DNA of 64,000 nt, taken from the NCBI GenBank assembly GCA_949373255.1, contig CASICS010000009.1, forward strand, positions 34,162-98,161, in the 5' to 3' direction. Under the pieces are notes generated by a model. The model did no database searches. It was not told the DNA's origin and saw only the letters and a program-made list of their open reading frames with translations. Below are positions 1 to 8,104 of this stretch, piece after piece. The DNA comes from an uncultured SAR86 cluster bacterium (lineage in GTDB: Bacteria > Pseudomonadota > Gammaproteobacteria > Magnimaribacterales > AG-339-G14). The translations under genes and the position numbers were made by a program. Positions within the stretch are counted from its first letter, which is position 1; the number at the start of each line of letters is the position of its first letter.

Positions 1-25
1 TAAATTAAATATTCTCCTTTGGTCT

Positions 26-1582
26 ATGCCAAAAATTGGCAGCATTATCATGCCAGTACATGAAAATATCCCGACTACCTGGGCAACTGGACCGGAAGTT
101 GCCAGCCAAGACGATAGACCCAACATAATTTTAATTCTTGCAGATGATATGGGTTACAACGATATTTCTTCTCATAATGGTGGCGCAGCAGACGGTTCTC
201 TAATGACTACCCATATTGATGCCTTAGCAAACAGTGGAATTTTATTTTCTAGAGGCTACGCAGCAAATGCGACCTGTGCTCCTTCTAGAGCTGCAATTAT
301 GACTGGAAGATATCCTACAGGATTTGGATATGAATTTACTCCAGTACCAGGTCCAGGAAGACTAGTCTTGAGTTGGATTGCTGACGAAGATGATTCCGAA
401 TTGAAAGCAAGAATTGACAAAGAACTTTCAAAAAATTTACCTTCTTTTATGGAACAAGGAATGCCTACTGAGCAAATAACAATTGCTGAAGTTTTGCGGG
501 ATGCAGGATATTACACGGCTCATATTGGAAAATGGCATTTGGGACATGCAAATGGAATGGATCCATTAAGTCAGGGATTTGATGATTCCTTATCATTAGT
601 AGGGCCTTTATATGCGCCTGAAGACCATCCAGAAATAGTAAATGCAAAATTCGATACCAGAATAGATAAAATGATTTGGGGCATAGGTCAGTATTCCGCA
701 AGATTTAATGAAGGAGATCTGTTTGCACCAGATAAATACGTCACAGATTATTATACTGATGAAGCGCTTAAAGTTATTGAAAAAAACAAAAATAGACCTT
801 TCTTTTTATATTTAAGCCACTGGGCTGTTCATAATCCTCTTCAAGCGCTAAAAAGCGACGTAGAACAAATGAGTCATATGTCTGGTCATAATCTTCAAGT
901 TTATTCAGGAATGATCGCCGCGCTGGATAGAAGTGTTGGGAAGGTAGTTTCAAAACTTAAGGATTTAGAAATATATGGGAAAACTTTGATCATATTTACT
1001 AGCGATAATGGTGGAGCAAATTACATTGAATTAGAAGATATAAACAAGCCGTTCAGAGGTTGGAAAATAAGTTTTTTTGAAGGAGGAATAAGAATTCCAT
1101 ACATAGTTAGTTGGCCCAATGAGATTAATCCAGGACAAAAATCAGATAGCCCGGTTCATCATTTTGATATTTTCTCTACTATTGCTTCAGCAGCGAAAAT
1201 TAAACCGTCCAATCATAAAGAAATAGATGGAGTGAATTTATTGCCATATATAAAAAAGGAAATAGTTTCAAAACCTCATCAAACTCTCTTCTGGCGATCA
1301 GGGAATCATCAATCAGTTTTGCATGGAAAATGGAAATACATAATCAGTAAAAAAGAAAACCTGCGCTGGCTATTTGACACTTCTTTAGACCCAATGGAAA
1401 AAAATAATTTAATCGAAACTCATCCTGATAAAGCAAGGTCAATTCAAAAGATCTTGAATAAATTTAACTCTGAACAAAAAGAACCTTTATTTCCAGCTGT
1501 CTATGAAGTGCCAATCTTAATAGATAAATATGATGGGCAGGAATATGAAGAAGGTGATGAATATATTTACTGGTCTAATTGA
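26..1582 (+). CDS. Cys-type sulfatase (arylsulfatase family)
   Basis: 518-aa ORF. LADDMGYND metal-binding N-terminal segment followed by the formylglycine signature C-A-P-S-R-A-A-I-M-T-G-R. Later HWAVHNP and TSDNGG blocks are typical of the family. The frame stays open to the window edge, so the true start is uncertain. Confidence 0.85.
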   Translation: MPKIGSIIMPVHENIPTTWATGPEVASQDDRPNIILILADDMGYNDISSHNGGAADGSLMTTHIDALANSGILFSRGYAANATCAPSRAAIMTGRYPTGFGYEFTPVPGPGRLVLSWIADEDDSELKARIDKELSKNLPSFMEQGMPTEQITIAEVLRDAGYYTAHIGKWHLGHANGMDPLSQGFDDSLSLVGPLYAPEDHPEIVNAKFDTRIDKMIWGIGQYSARFNEGDLFAPDKYVTDYYTDEALKVIEKNKNRPFFLYLSHWAVHNPLQALKSDVEQMSHMSGHNLQVYSGMIAALDRSVGKVVSKLKDLEIYGKTLIIFTSDNGGANYIELEDINKPFRGWKISFFEGGIRIPYIVSWPNEINPGQKSDSPVHHFDIFSTIASAAKIKPSNHKEIDGVNLLPYIKKEIVSKPHQTLFWRSGNHQSVLHGKWKYIISKKENLRWLFDTSLDPMEKNNLIETHPDKARSIQKILNKFNSEQKEPLFPAVYEVPILIDKYDGQEYEEGDEYIYWSN

Positions 1583-1620
1583 TATATTATTTTATTTGAT
1601 TTAAATTTTTTAAAATATAA

Positions 1621-1824
1621 ATGAAATTATTAGAACTAATATTGGATTGGAAGATGGCATGGTTTGGCTTAATCTTCTTAGGTAGCATTTTCAATGCTAT
1701 TGCATTCGAATTAGGGATGCTAGAAAATTCTTCAGAAATCACATATATTTGTTATGCATTTGGATTTATTTTAGGCTTGGTAGCTAAGCTAAGGGGAACA
1801 TGGACATGGAAAACGAACAGTTAA
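1621..1824 (+). CDS. hypothetical small membrane protein (2 predicted TM helices)
   Basis: 67-aa ORF with two hydrophobic stretches and no recognisable motif. No clear SD. The 3' end overlaps the next gene by 25 nt. Confidence 0.3.
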   Translation: MKLLELILDWKMAWFGLIFLGSIFNAIAFELGMLENSSEITYICYAFGFILGLVAKLRGTWTWKTNS

Positions 1825-2699
1825 TTTCAGAAGAATTTACTTTTGCTAAAGAAAAAGAGATAGCTAAATCATTTTCAAAAAGTTTTCAGTGGGAAATGAT
1901 TGCAATTGGTCTCGGACAAGTTTCTGTTTGGTTTACTCTATGGCCGATGGTGATCTACTCTATTATTCCTTTGTGGGCAGGTTTTTTAATTGCAACCACT
2001 TGCGCATGTTTTGCTTATTTACCGTCCCATGAAGCTCAACACGGAAACTATTCTAGAGGCAATCCAAAGATGAAATGGCTAGACGGGTTCGTTGGGCATT
2101 TGACATTAATAACTCTTGCTATTCCTTATCATCTTCTAAGGGTTACTCATATGAAGCATCATGCATATACAAATAATCCGATCAAAGATCCAGATTACAA
2201 TAATGCTCATGGCCCTTTATCTTCAGTGATTAAAAATTCATTAGATGGCTCGTCGATAAACTATGAAAAATATCTAGAGGTATTTGAAAGTGATAAGGCT
2301 TTTACAAAGTCTTTCAATAAAGCTGTACCGCTTGCCTTATTTTTTAGGGCCTCAATGATGGTTTTAGTTGTGCTTTTTCCATTGGAAACCATGTTGCTTT
2401 GGTGGCTACCGGCCAAAATCGGTACAGTCTATACAACAGTATATTTCTCTTGGTATCCCCATCAAGATACTGGAGAGGGGAGATACAAAGATACAAGGTT
2501 TTGGAGTCACTGGATCCCAAGATTTTTCAATCACTCGATGCAATTGCACTTCATTCATCACCTGCATCCAGGAATAGGACACTTTGATGAGCCAAAGGCC
2601 ATTGAGGCTTTAAAACCTTTTATGATTGCCAGGAAAGTACCTGGTGCAGAAAAAATTCCAGATCGGATTTCTTACAATCCTTTAATTAACATAACTTAG
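1800..2699 (+). CDS. membrane fatty-acid-desaturase superfamily protein, CrtW (beta-carotene ketolase)-like
   Basis: Three His boxes: HEAQHG, HMKHHAYTNNPIKDPDY and HFIHHLHP. Spacing and flanks resemble my recollection of Paracoccus CrtW (HDAMHGS / HMAHHRHAGTDDDPDF / HHEHHLHP). N-terminal TM helices are present. Confidence 0.75.
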   Translation: MDMENEQLISEEFTFAKEKEIAKSFSKSFQWEMIAIGLGQVSVWFTLWPMVIYSIIPLWAGFLIATTCACFAYLPSHEAQHGNYSRGNPKMKWLDGFVGHLTLITLAIPYHLLRVTHMKHHAYTNNPIKDPDYNNAHGPLSSVIKNSLDGSSINYEKYLEVFESDKAFTKSFNKAVPLALFFRASMMVLVVLFPLETMLLWWLPAKIGTVYTTVYFSWYPHQDTGEGRYKDTRFWSHWIPRFFNHSMQLHFIHHLHPGIGHFDEPKAIEALKPFMIARKVPGAEKIPDRISYNPLINIT

Positions 2700-3910
2700 A
2701 GTTTGTAGCCTGATTGTCCGTGAGAGGAAACATCCAGTCCTCTTTCTATTTCGTCATCTGAAACTCTAATCCCAACGATCTGCTTAGAAACTCTGGCTAA
2801 AATATAACTGACTACCAAAGTGAAAACTAAGACTGCCAATACACCAATTACTTGCGCTGTCATTAAGTCTGAAAAAGTTCCGTCTCCATAGCCCACGCCG
2901 CCAAAACTCTCTGAAATAAGAAATGGAAGCAGTAAGATTCCTAAAGTTCCACCTAATCCATGTACTGCAAAAACATCCAGTGAGTCATCAACTTTAAATT
3001 TGTTCTTAACTAGACCTACGGCTTCATAGCAAACATAACCTGAGATAAGTCCTATTAGAACAGCGCCCAAAGGACCGACAAAACCAGATGCAGGGGTAAT
3101 TGAAGCAAGACCTGCAATGGCACCTGTTACAACGCCTACTAGACTCGGTTTACCAAACCTAGCCCATTCGATAGCAATCCAAACTAAAGATGCAACAGAA
3201 GCAGATATATGAGTTACTAAAATAGCCATTCCAGCATCAGAGTTTGCAGCTAATGCGCTTCCGCCATTAAATCCAAACCATCCAACCCAGAGCATACAAG
3301 CTCCCATCATAGTTAAACCTGGATTATGAGGAGGTTTTATTTGATCAGGGAAACCATCTCTAGGACCCGACATCACCGCAAGCACTATAGCCGTTGTTCC
3401 AGCCGTTAAGTGAACCACTAAACCACCTGCAAAATCTAAAACACCAATTTCTGCCAACCATCCACCTCCCCAGATCCAATGAGTAACTGGTGCGTATACA
3501 AAAATAATCCACAGAAAAGAAAAAAGTAAAACGAATTCAAATTTCATTCTTTCAGGATAAGCACCTACTATTAAAGCGGGAGTGATGATGCAAAAAGTCA
3601 TTTGAAACATGAAGAAAACAGATTCTGGTATATCTCCAGACATAGAATCTCTAGCCATATTCAAAAGAAAAATCTGACTTAGGTCTCCAAAATATGGATT
3701 TCCAGCAGTAAAGGCAATGCTATAACCAACTGCTAGCCAAGTGAATGAGGCTACACAAGCAATACCGAAACAATGCATTAAAACTGAAAGAACATTCTCA
3801 GAACGAACAAGACCTGCATAAAAAAGGGCCAATCCTGGCATTGTCATAAATAAAACCAAAGCTGTAGATGTTAAAATCCAAGCAGTATTTCCTGTATCCA
3901 AAATATCCAT
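2696..3910 (-). CDS. amtB: ammonium transporter Amt
   Basis: 404-aa polytopic protein with Amt family blocks: FYAGLVR, DFAGGLVVHLTAG, WFGFNGGS and DDSLDVFAVHGLGG. Strong AAGGGGG SD. Confidence 0.93.
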   Translation of the reverse strand: MDILDTGNTAWILTSTALVLFMTMPGLALFYAGLVRSENVLSVLMHCFGIACVASFTWLAVGYSIAFTAGNPYFGDLSQIFLLNMARDSMSGDIPESVFFMFQMTFCIITPALIVGAYPERMKFEFVLLFSFLWIIFVYAPVTHWIWGGGWLAEIGVLDFAGGLVVHLTAGTTAIVLAVMSGPRDGFPDQIKPPHNPGLTMMGACMLWVGWFGFNGGSALAANSDAGMAILVTHISASVASLVWIAIEWARFGKPSLVGVVTGAIAGLASITPASGFVGPLGAVLIGLISGYVCYEAVGLVKNKFKVDDSLDVFAVHGLGGTLGILLLPFLISESFGGVGYGDGTFSDLMTAQVIGVLAVLVFTLVVSYILARVSKQIVGIRVSDDEIERGLDVSSHGQSGYKL

Positions 3911-3941
3911 GGTGCCCCCTTAAGAGATAAATAGTTATGAA

Positions 3942-3970
3942 ATTTTACTCTCGAGAAATTTGAGTGTCGA
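3942..3970 (-). promoter_or_regulatory. candidate sigma70 promoter for amtB (TCGACA-17 nt-TAAAAT)
   Basis: On the minus strand, TCGACA (3970-3965), a 17-nt spacer and TAAAAT (3947-3942), about 30 nt upstream of the amtB ATG. No sigma54 -24/-12 element was found. Confidence 0.35.
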
Positions 3971-3989
3971 TGCGGTCATAAGAATAAAT

Positions 3990-4006
3990 CGCACTAAATT
4001 TGTGCA
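3990..4006. promoter_or_regulatory. 17-bp dyad cGCAC-N7-GTGCa upstream of amtB (NtrC-site-like)
   Basis: GCAC TAAATTT GTGC has the same half-sites and spacing as the enterobacterial NtrC consensus TGCACCA-N3-TGGTGCA. It lies about 20 nt upstream of the candidate -35. Confidence 0.25.
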
Positions 4007-4032
4007 AAGACTGATCTAAATGAGCTCAAAAA

Positions 4033-5316
4033 TCAGTTATTTTTTTGAGTTTTTAAATTTAAGGTAAAAAACTTTTCTGGAAACGTAGAAAGAATCAGCA
4101 TCAAGACAATATTAATTACTGATTGGGCGATAAATAATTTTGAAACTAGTAATTCAGGATTTATTAGCCCACTCCAAGCAAAAAATATTATTACAAAAAA
4201 AGATTTAATAAACTCGGGGAAAACTTTTAGATCAAATTTTTCTAAAGCCATTAAGACGATAGTGCATGAAATTACTAAAGCGCAAGCAAAAATTGATGTT
4301 TCCAAATAATTTTGAGCGCCTAAAGTCATCGTTATCGATGCAAAGGTTATAAGTAAAAAAAGTAATTGGGTCCAGCCGTAAATTTTGACTTGATTTGAGA
4401 TTTCAGGATCATATGGTTCAAAATTTTCTAAATCATTTTTAATTATAGGAAATTCTTTTTCAACATCAGCTGGTCGCCATTTGGGACTTGAAAACCAAAC
4501 CTTAACCTTATCTTTATAGGATTTCGTCCTAGTTGAATCAAAAATCATTTCAGAAAAAATATCAAAATTAGCTCTAAAAGGATTCCAGCTCTTCAAAGGC
4601 TTTGCGGTTCCATAGATTGGTTTAAGTTCTTCTGATTCTGGAATATAGGTTCCAAAAAACCTATCCCATAATATAAAAACACCACCATAGTTAGCATCTA
4701 CGTAATCTTTGTTCTGTGCATGATGAACTCTATGATTTGAAGGAGATACGAATATTTTTTCATACCAGCCTAATTGAGGAATATGTTCAGTGTGACACCA
4801 AAATTGATAAACCAAGTTTACACCCGCGACTCCAACAAATACTTCTGGCGGAATGCCCACCATAAATATTGGCAGGTAAAAAACCCACTTCCACAAAAAC
4901 CCTGTACTTGTTTGACGCATAGCCGTCGACATATTGAATTCTTCGCCATGATGGTGAACCACATGAGTGGCCCAAAATACTTTTACTTCATGATGCAATC
5001 TATGCATCCAGTAGTAACAAAAATCGTATAAAAAGAATGCAAAGACCCAAACAAATATTGATGATGAAGATAGAAGAGTAAGGTTATATTTGTTAGCAAC
5101 ATAAGCATACGCCGCTCCTTGAAATCCAATTCCTAATAAGGGAACAAATCTACTGATAAGTCCTAAACTAATACTAGTAAAAGCATCATTCAATCGATAA
5201 TTATTTTTGCCAGTAGCTAAACCATATACCAATTCTAAAAATACCAATAAAAAAAACATTGGGATTGCCAATGTGATTAAAATTGAGGAGTCTGCAGCCC
5301 CTATAGTAGTTTCCAT
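4033..5316 (-). CDS. fatty acid hydroxylase/sterol desaturase superfamily protein, alkylglycerol monooxygenase (AGMO/TMEM195)-like
   Basis: 427 aa. His motifs HRLHHEV, HVVHHHGEEFNMSTAMRQ, YQFWCHTEH and SNHRVHHAQN..NYGGVFILWDRFFGT. Extra C-terminal TM helices give a total length similar to AGMO. Confidence 0.75.
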   Translation of the reverse strand: METTIGAADSSILITLAIPMFFLLVFLELVYGLATGKNNYRLNDAFTSISLGLISRFVPLLGIGFQGAAYAYVANKYNLTLLSSSSIFVWVFAFFLYDFCYYWMHRLHHEVKVFWATHVVHHHGEEFNMSTAMRQTSTGFLWKWVFYLPIFMVGIPPEVFVGVAGVNLVYQFWCHTEHIPQLGWYEKIFVSPSNHRVHHAQNKDYVDANYGGVFILWDRFFGTYIPESEELKPIYGTAKPLKSWNPFRANFDIFSEMIFDSTRTKSYKDKVKVWFSSPKWRPADVEKEFPIIKNDLENFEPYDPEISNQVKIYGWTQLLFLLITFASITMTLGAQNYLETSIFACALVISCTIVLMALEKFDLKVFPEFIKSFFVIIFFAWSGLINPELLVSKLFIAQSVINIVLMLILSTFPEKFFTLNLKTQKNN

Positions 5317-5393
5317 TTATTCAGTCTATTGCAATTTAGAGATTAATTAAACAATAATAATCCATAAGAATTAATCATATAATCAATAAAACT

Positions 5394-5972
5394 ATGTCAT
5401 TCACACTCAAATTAGGCCAAAAAGCTATCCCTTTCACTCTTTTAGGAACAGATCATAAAGAATATAGTTTAGAAAGTTTTAAATCGTCATTCGTTGTAAT
5501 TTTCTTTACATGCAATCACTGTCCTTATGTAACTGGTTCTGATGAAGAGACTAGGCAAACCGTTAATAAATTCAAAGAACGCGATGTGCAATTTATTGCC
5601 ATTAACTCAAACAGTAAAAATACATATGAAGAGGATAGCTTTGAAAATATGATAATCCGCATGAAAGAACACGATTTCCCATGGCATTATTTGCATGATT
5701 CAGATCAGACAACAGCTTTAAGCTACGGCGCTTTAAAAACTCCGCATTTTTTTATTTTTAATCAAGAAAGAAAGCTTGTTTACACTGGCAGGGGGGTTGA
5801 TTCGCCTTTAGATTCATCAAAGATTAAGGTCAATAATTTAGAATTAACTCTTGATGAGCTTACTTCTAATGATTTAATATCAACACCTGTCACCAATCCA
5901 ATAGGCTGTAGCATAAAATGGGAAGGAAGAGACCCTCATTGGATGCCGCCTGAGGCTTGTGATCTTATATAA
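5394..5972 (+). CDS. thioredoxin-fold (AhpC/TSA-redoxin-like) protein with CxxC
   Basis: 192 aa. FFTCNHCPYV active-site-like CxxC motif in the usual position after the first beta strand, and later the TPHFFIF block. Confidence 0.65.
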   Translation: MSFTLKLGQKAIPFTLLGTDHKEYSLESFKSSFVVIFFTCNHCPYVTGSDEETRQTVNKFKERDVQFIAINSNSKNTYEEDSFENMIIRMKEHDFPWHYLHDSDQTTALSYGALKTPHFFIFNQERKLVYTGRGVDSPLDSSKIKVNNLELTLDELTSNDLISTPVTNPIGCSIKWEGRDPHWMPPEACDLI

Positions 5973-5988
5973 AATCAAGGAGAAAAAA

Positions 5989-6687
5989 ATGTCAGATTTA
6001 GCAACGCTAACGAAACAAGGAGAAGTATCCATAATAAAATTAGACGATGGGAAAGCCAACGCCTTTTCATTTGACATGCTAGAAAACCTAAACGCATGCT
6101 TAGCAGATGTCCCTAAAGATTCTGGTTCGCTAGTTATTACTGGAAGAGAGGGTCTTTTTTCTGCAGGATTTGATTTAAAAACTTTAGCATCCGGTGATGT
6201 CGAGGCTGCAATTAAAATGACAAAATTGGGGTTCAACACTCTTTTAGATCTTTACTCTTTTCCTAGACCAATAGTGGCAGCCGTTTCCGGTCATGCGGTT
6301 GCATTGGGTATTTTTGTTACTTGCTGTTGTGATTACCGAATAGGAATTGAAGGAAAATTCATATGCCAAGCGAATGAAGTTAGGAATAATATGGATATCC
6401 CGGTTCAAATTATGGAAATAGTCAGAGATAGACTGGATAAAAAACATTTTTACAAAGCAATTTATCATGCTGAGGTTTACCCAATGCATGAAGCTGTTGC
6501 AGCTGGATACATTGATGAAATTGTGCCATCTGATCAGTTGATGGATAAAGCAATAGAGAAAGCAGAAGATCTTGCAACTTTGGGACATCCCTTTTATAAA
6601 AATACAAAAGACGTTTATCAGAAAGATATAGTCGCCAAAATAAAAGAAGGCATAGAAGGTTCTAGACCTCCTGGAGTAAAAAGTTAG
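5989..6687 (+). CDS. enoyl-CoA hydratase/isomerase (crotonase) family protein
   Basis: Crotonase signature GREGLFSAGFDLK and VAAVSGHAVALG. I prefer the ATG at 5989 (AAGGAG SD 8 nt upstream) over the track start at 5959, which overlaps the previous gene. Confidence 0.8.
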   Translation: MSDLATLTKQGEVSIIKLDDGKANAFSFDMLENLNACLADVPKDSGSLVITGREGLFSAGFDLKTLASGDVEAAIKMTKLGFNTLLDLYSFPRPIVAAVSGHAVALGIFVTCCCDYRIGIEGKFICQANEVRNNMDIPVQIMEIVRDRLDKKHFYKAIYHAEVYPMHEAVAAGYIDEIVPSDQLMDKAIEKAEDLATLGHPFYKNTKDVYQKDIVAKIKEGIEGSRPPGVKS

Positions 6688-6740
6688 ATTTTAAAATTAT
6701 CTAACCAAAACTATTTCGATAAGATATAATCTTTCGCTTT

Positions 6741-6816
6741 GGGGCTATAGCTCAGCTGGGAGAGCGCCTGATTTGCATTCAGGAGGTCCGCGGTTCGATC
6801 CCGCGTAGCTCCACCA
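6741..6816 (+). tRNA. tRNA-Ala (UGC)
   Basis: Hand-folded cloverleaf: acceptor GGGGCTA/TAGCTCC with the G3:U70 Ala identity pair, anticodon loop TTTGCAT, T-loop TTCGATC, encoded CCA. Confidence 0.95.
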
Positions 6817-6838
6817 TTTTTTTCAAAAAAAAATTAAG

Positions 6839-6859
6839 AAAATCAGTTCTTGATTTTTT
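6839..6859 (+). terminator. weak A/T-rich hairpin + T tract after tRNA-Ala
   Basis: AAAATCA-gttct-TGATTTT followed by TT. The stem is AT-only, so this is marginal. Confidence 0.3.
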
Positions 6860-6979
6860 CATATTATTATGTAAAGTTTCCTAATCGTAATTTGGTCCTA
6901 TTGCCGCGATTCAAAATAATGAGCTAAAACGGAGAAAACATTTTCACCCAGGGATTTAATTTTTAACATAGGAGTTTTT

Positions 6980-8104
6980 ATGAAACTTTTTGTGAACGCG
7001 CGTTATTTAATTGTGCCCTTTTCATCCCTGGTAACAATTTTTGGAATCTTTCAAGGCGGTGTATTTTCTTGGATAGGAGTAATATTATTTGGTATTTTTA
7101 CGCTCATAGATACTTTAACTAGGAATATTCATCTTAGAGCTGAAAAAGATATTAATGGAAATTCATTTGGTATAAAAGAATTCCAATATGTGGTTATGTA
7201 TATTATGTTGCCTGTATTCATTCTTCTTCAGGTTGCACTTGCAGCAAGACTGTATCAATACACCTCAGGGTTTCTAATAGAAAAATCAATATTTCTAGGC
7301 CTTGGCTTTGAATCTGGTATAAGTTTTTTTAACTTAATTGGAGCAACACTTTCAACAGGTTTATGGGCTGGATTAGGAATAATTTATGGACACGAGTTAT
7401 CACATAACAAAAAGGAAGGTTTTTTTGTTTCAAGATTAATCATGGCATTAAGTGGCGCTTCTCATTTTACATATGCCCATGTATATAACCACCATTTAGA
7501 TTTAGGGCATCAAGATGATCCTGCAACTGCCCCACGAGGAAGGAATGTTTATGCTCATGCATGGCTTTCACATGCTGGACAATCTAAATATTCCTATGAT
7601 CTTGAAAAAACAAAATTAACTAAGCAAGGTAAATCAGTTTTAAGTTTTCATAATAAATGGATTATTGGTTATCTATACAGCCTACCTTCAATTTTTCTAT
7701 TTATATGGTCAGGAGGGGTCTTGGGTTTAGTGGCATTGATTGGCGTTTGGAGTATTTCAAACTTTTTGCTTGAAGCGTTAAATTTTATGGGTCATTACGG
7801 TTTAATTAGAAAGTCAGGTAACCCTGTAGAGCATAGACATTCTTGGGATAATGATAATGTCTTTACAAGTTGGTTTTTTATAGAAATAGGAAGACAGGGC
7901 GATCATCATGTAAGAGGAGAGACATACTTCTGGGAGCTTGATGATGTAGGAGCGCCTAATTATGGAATAGGCTATTTTTCATTATTTGTGCTGACTTTAA
8001 TACCTTCTTTATTTAGAAGTTATGTTAAAAATCTTTTAGAAGATTGGGATAAAAATCATGCAACTCATGATGAATCTGAAATTTCTAATAAATTTAAATT
8101 CTAA
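6980..8104 (+). CDS. AlkB-family integral membrane hydroxylase (alkane 1-monooxygenase-like)
   Basis: 374 aa. HELSHNK (AlkB HELGHK), HVYNHH (EHNRGHH), NFMGHYGL (NYIEHYGL), and HSWDNDN...GRQGDHH (HSWNSN...LQRHSDHH, but Q replaces the first His). Confidence 0.8.
   Translation: MKLFVNARYLIVPFSSLVTIFGIFQGGVFSWIGVILFGIFTLIDTLTRNIHLRAEKDINGNSFGIKEFQYVVMYIMLPVFILLQVALAARLYQYTSGFLIEKSIFLGLGFESGISFFNLIGATLSTGLWAGLGIIYGHELSHNKKEGFFVSRLIMALSGASHFTYAHVYNHHLDLGHQDDPATAPRGRNVYAHAWLSHAGQSKYSYDLEKTKLTKQGKSVLSFHNKWIIGYLYSLPSIFLFIWSGGVLGLVALIGVWSISNFLLEALNFMGHYGLIRKSGNPVEHRHSWDNDNVFTSWFFIEIGRQGDHHVRGETYFWELDDVGAPNYGIGYFSLFVLTLIPSLFRSYVKNLLEDWDKNHATHDESEISNKFKF

Noticed and set aside
3911-3990. Sigma54 (-24 GG / -12 GC) promoter upstream of amtB
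   Set aside because: No TGGCAC-N5-TTGC-like element occurs on the minus strand. Only a sigma70-like hexamer pair was found.
6817-6837. T8-C-A9 homopolymer pair right after tRNA-Ala
   Set aside because: It could pair as an all-A:U hairpin but would be very unstable. I treat it as low-complexity spacer. The adjacent AAAATCA/TGATTTT hairpin is listed only as a weak terminator.
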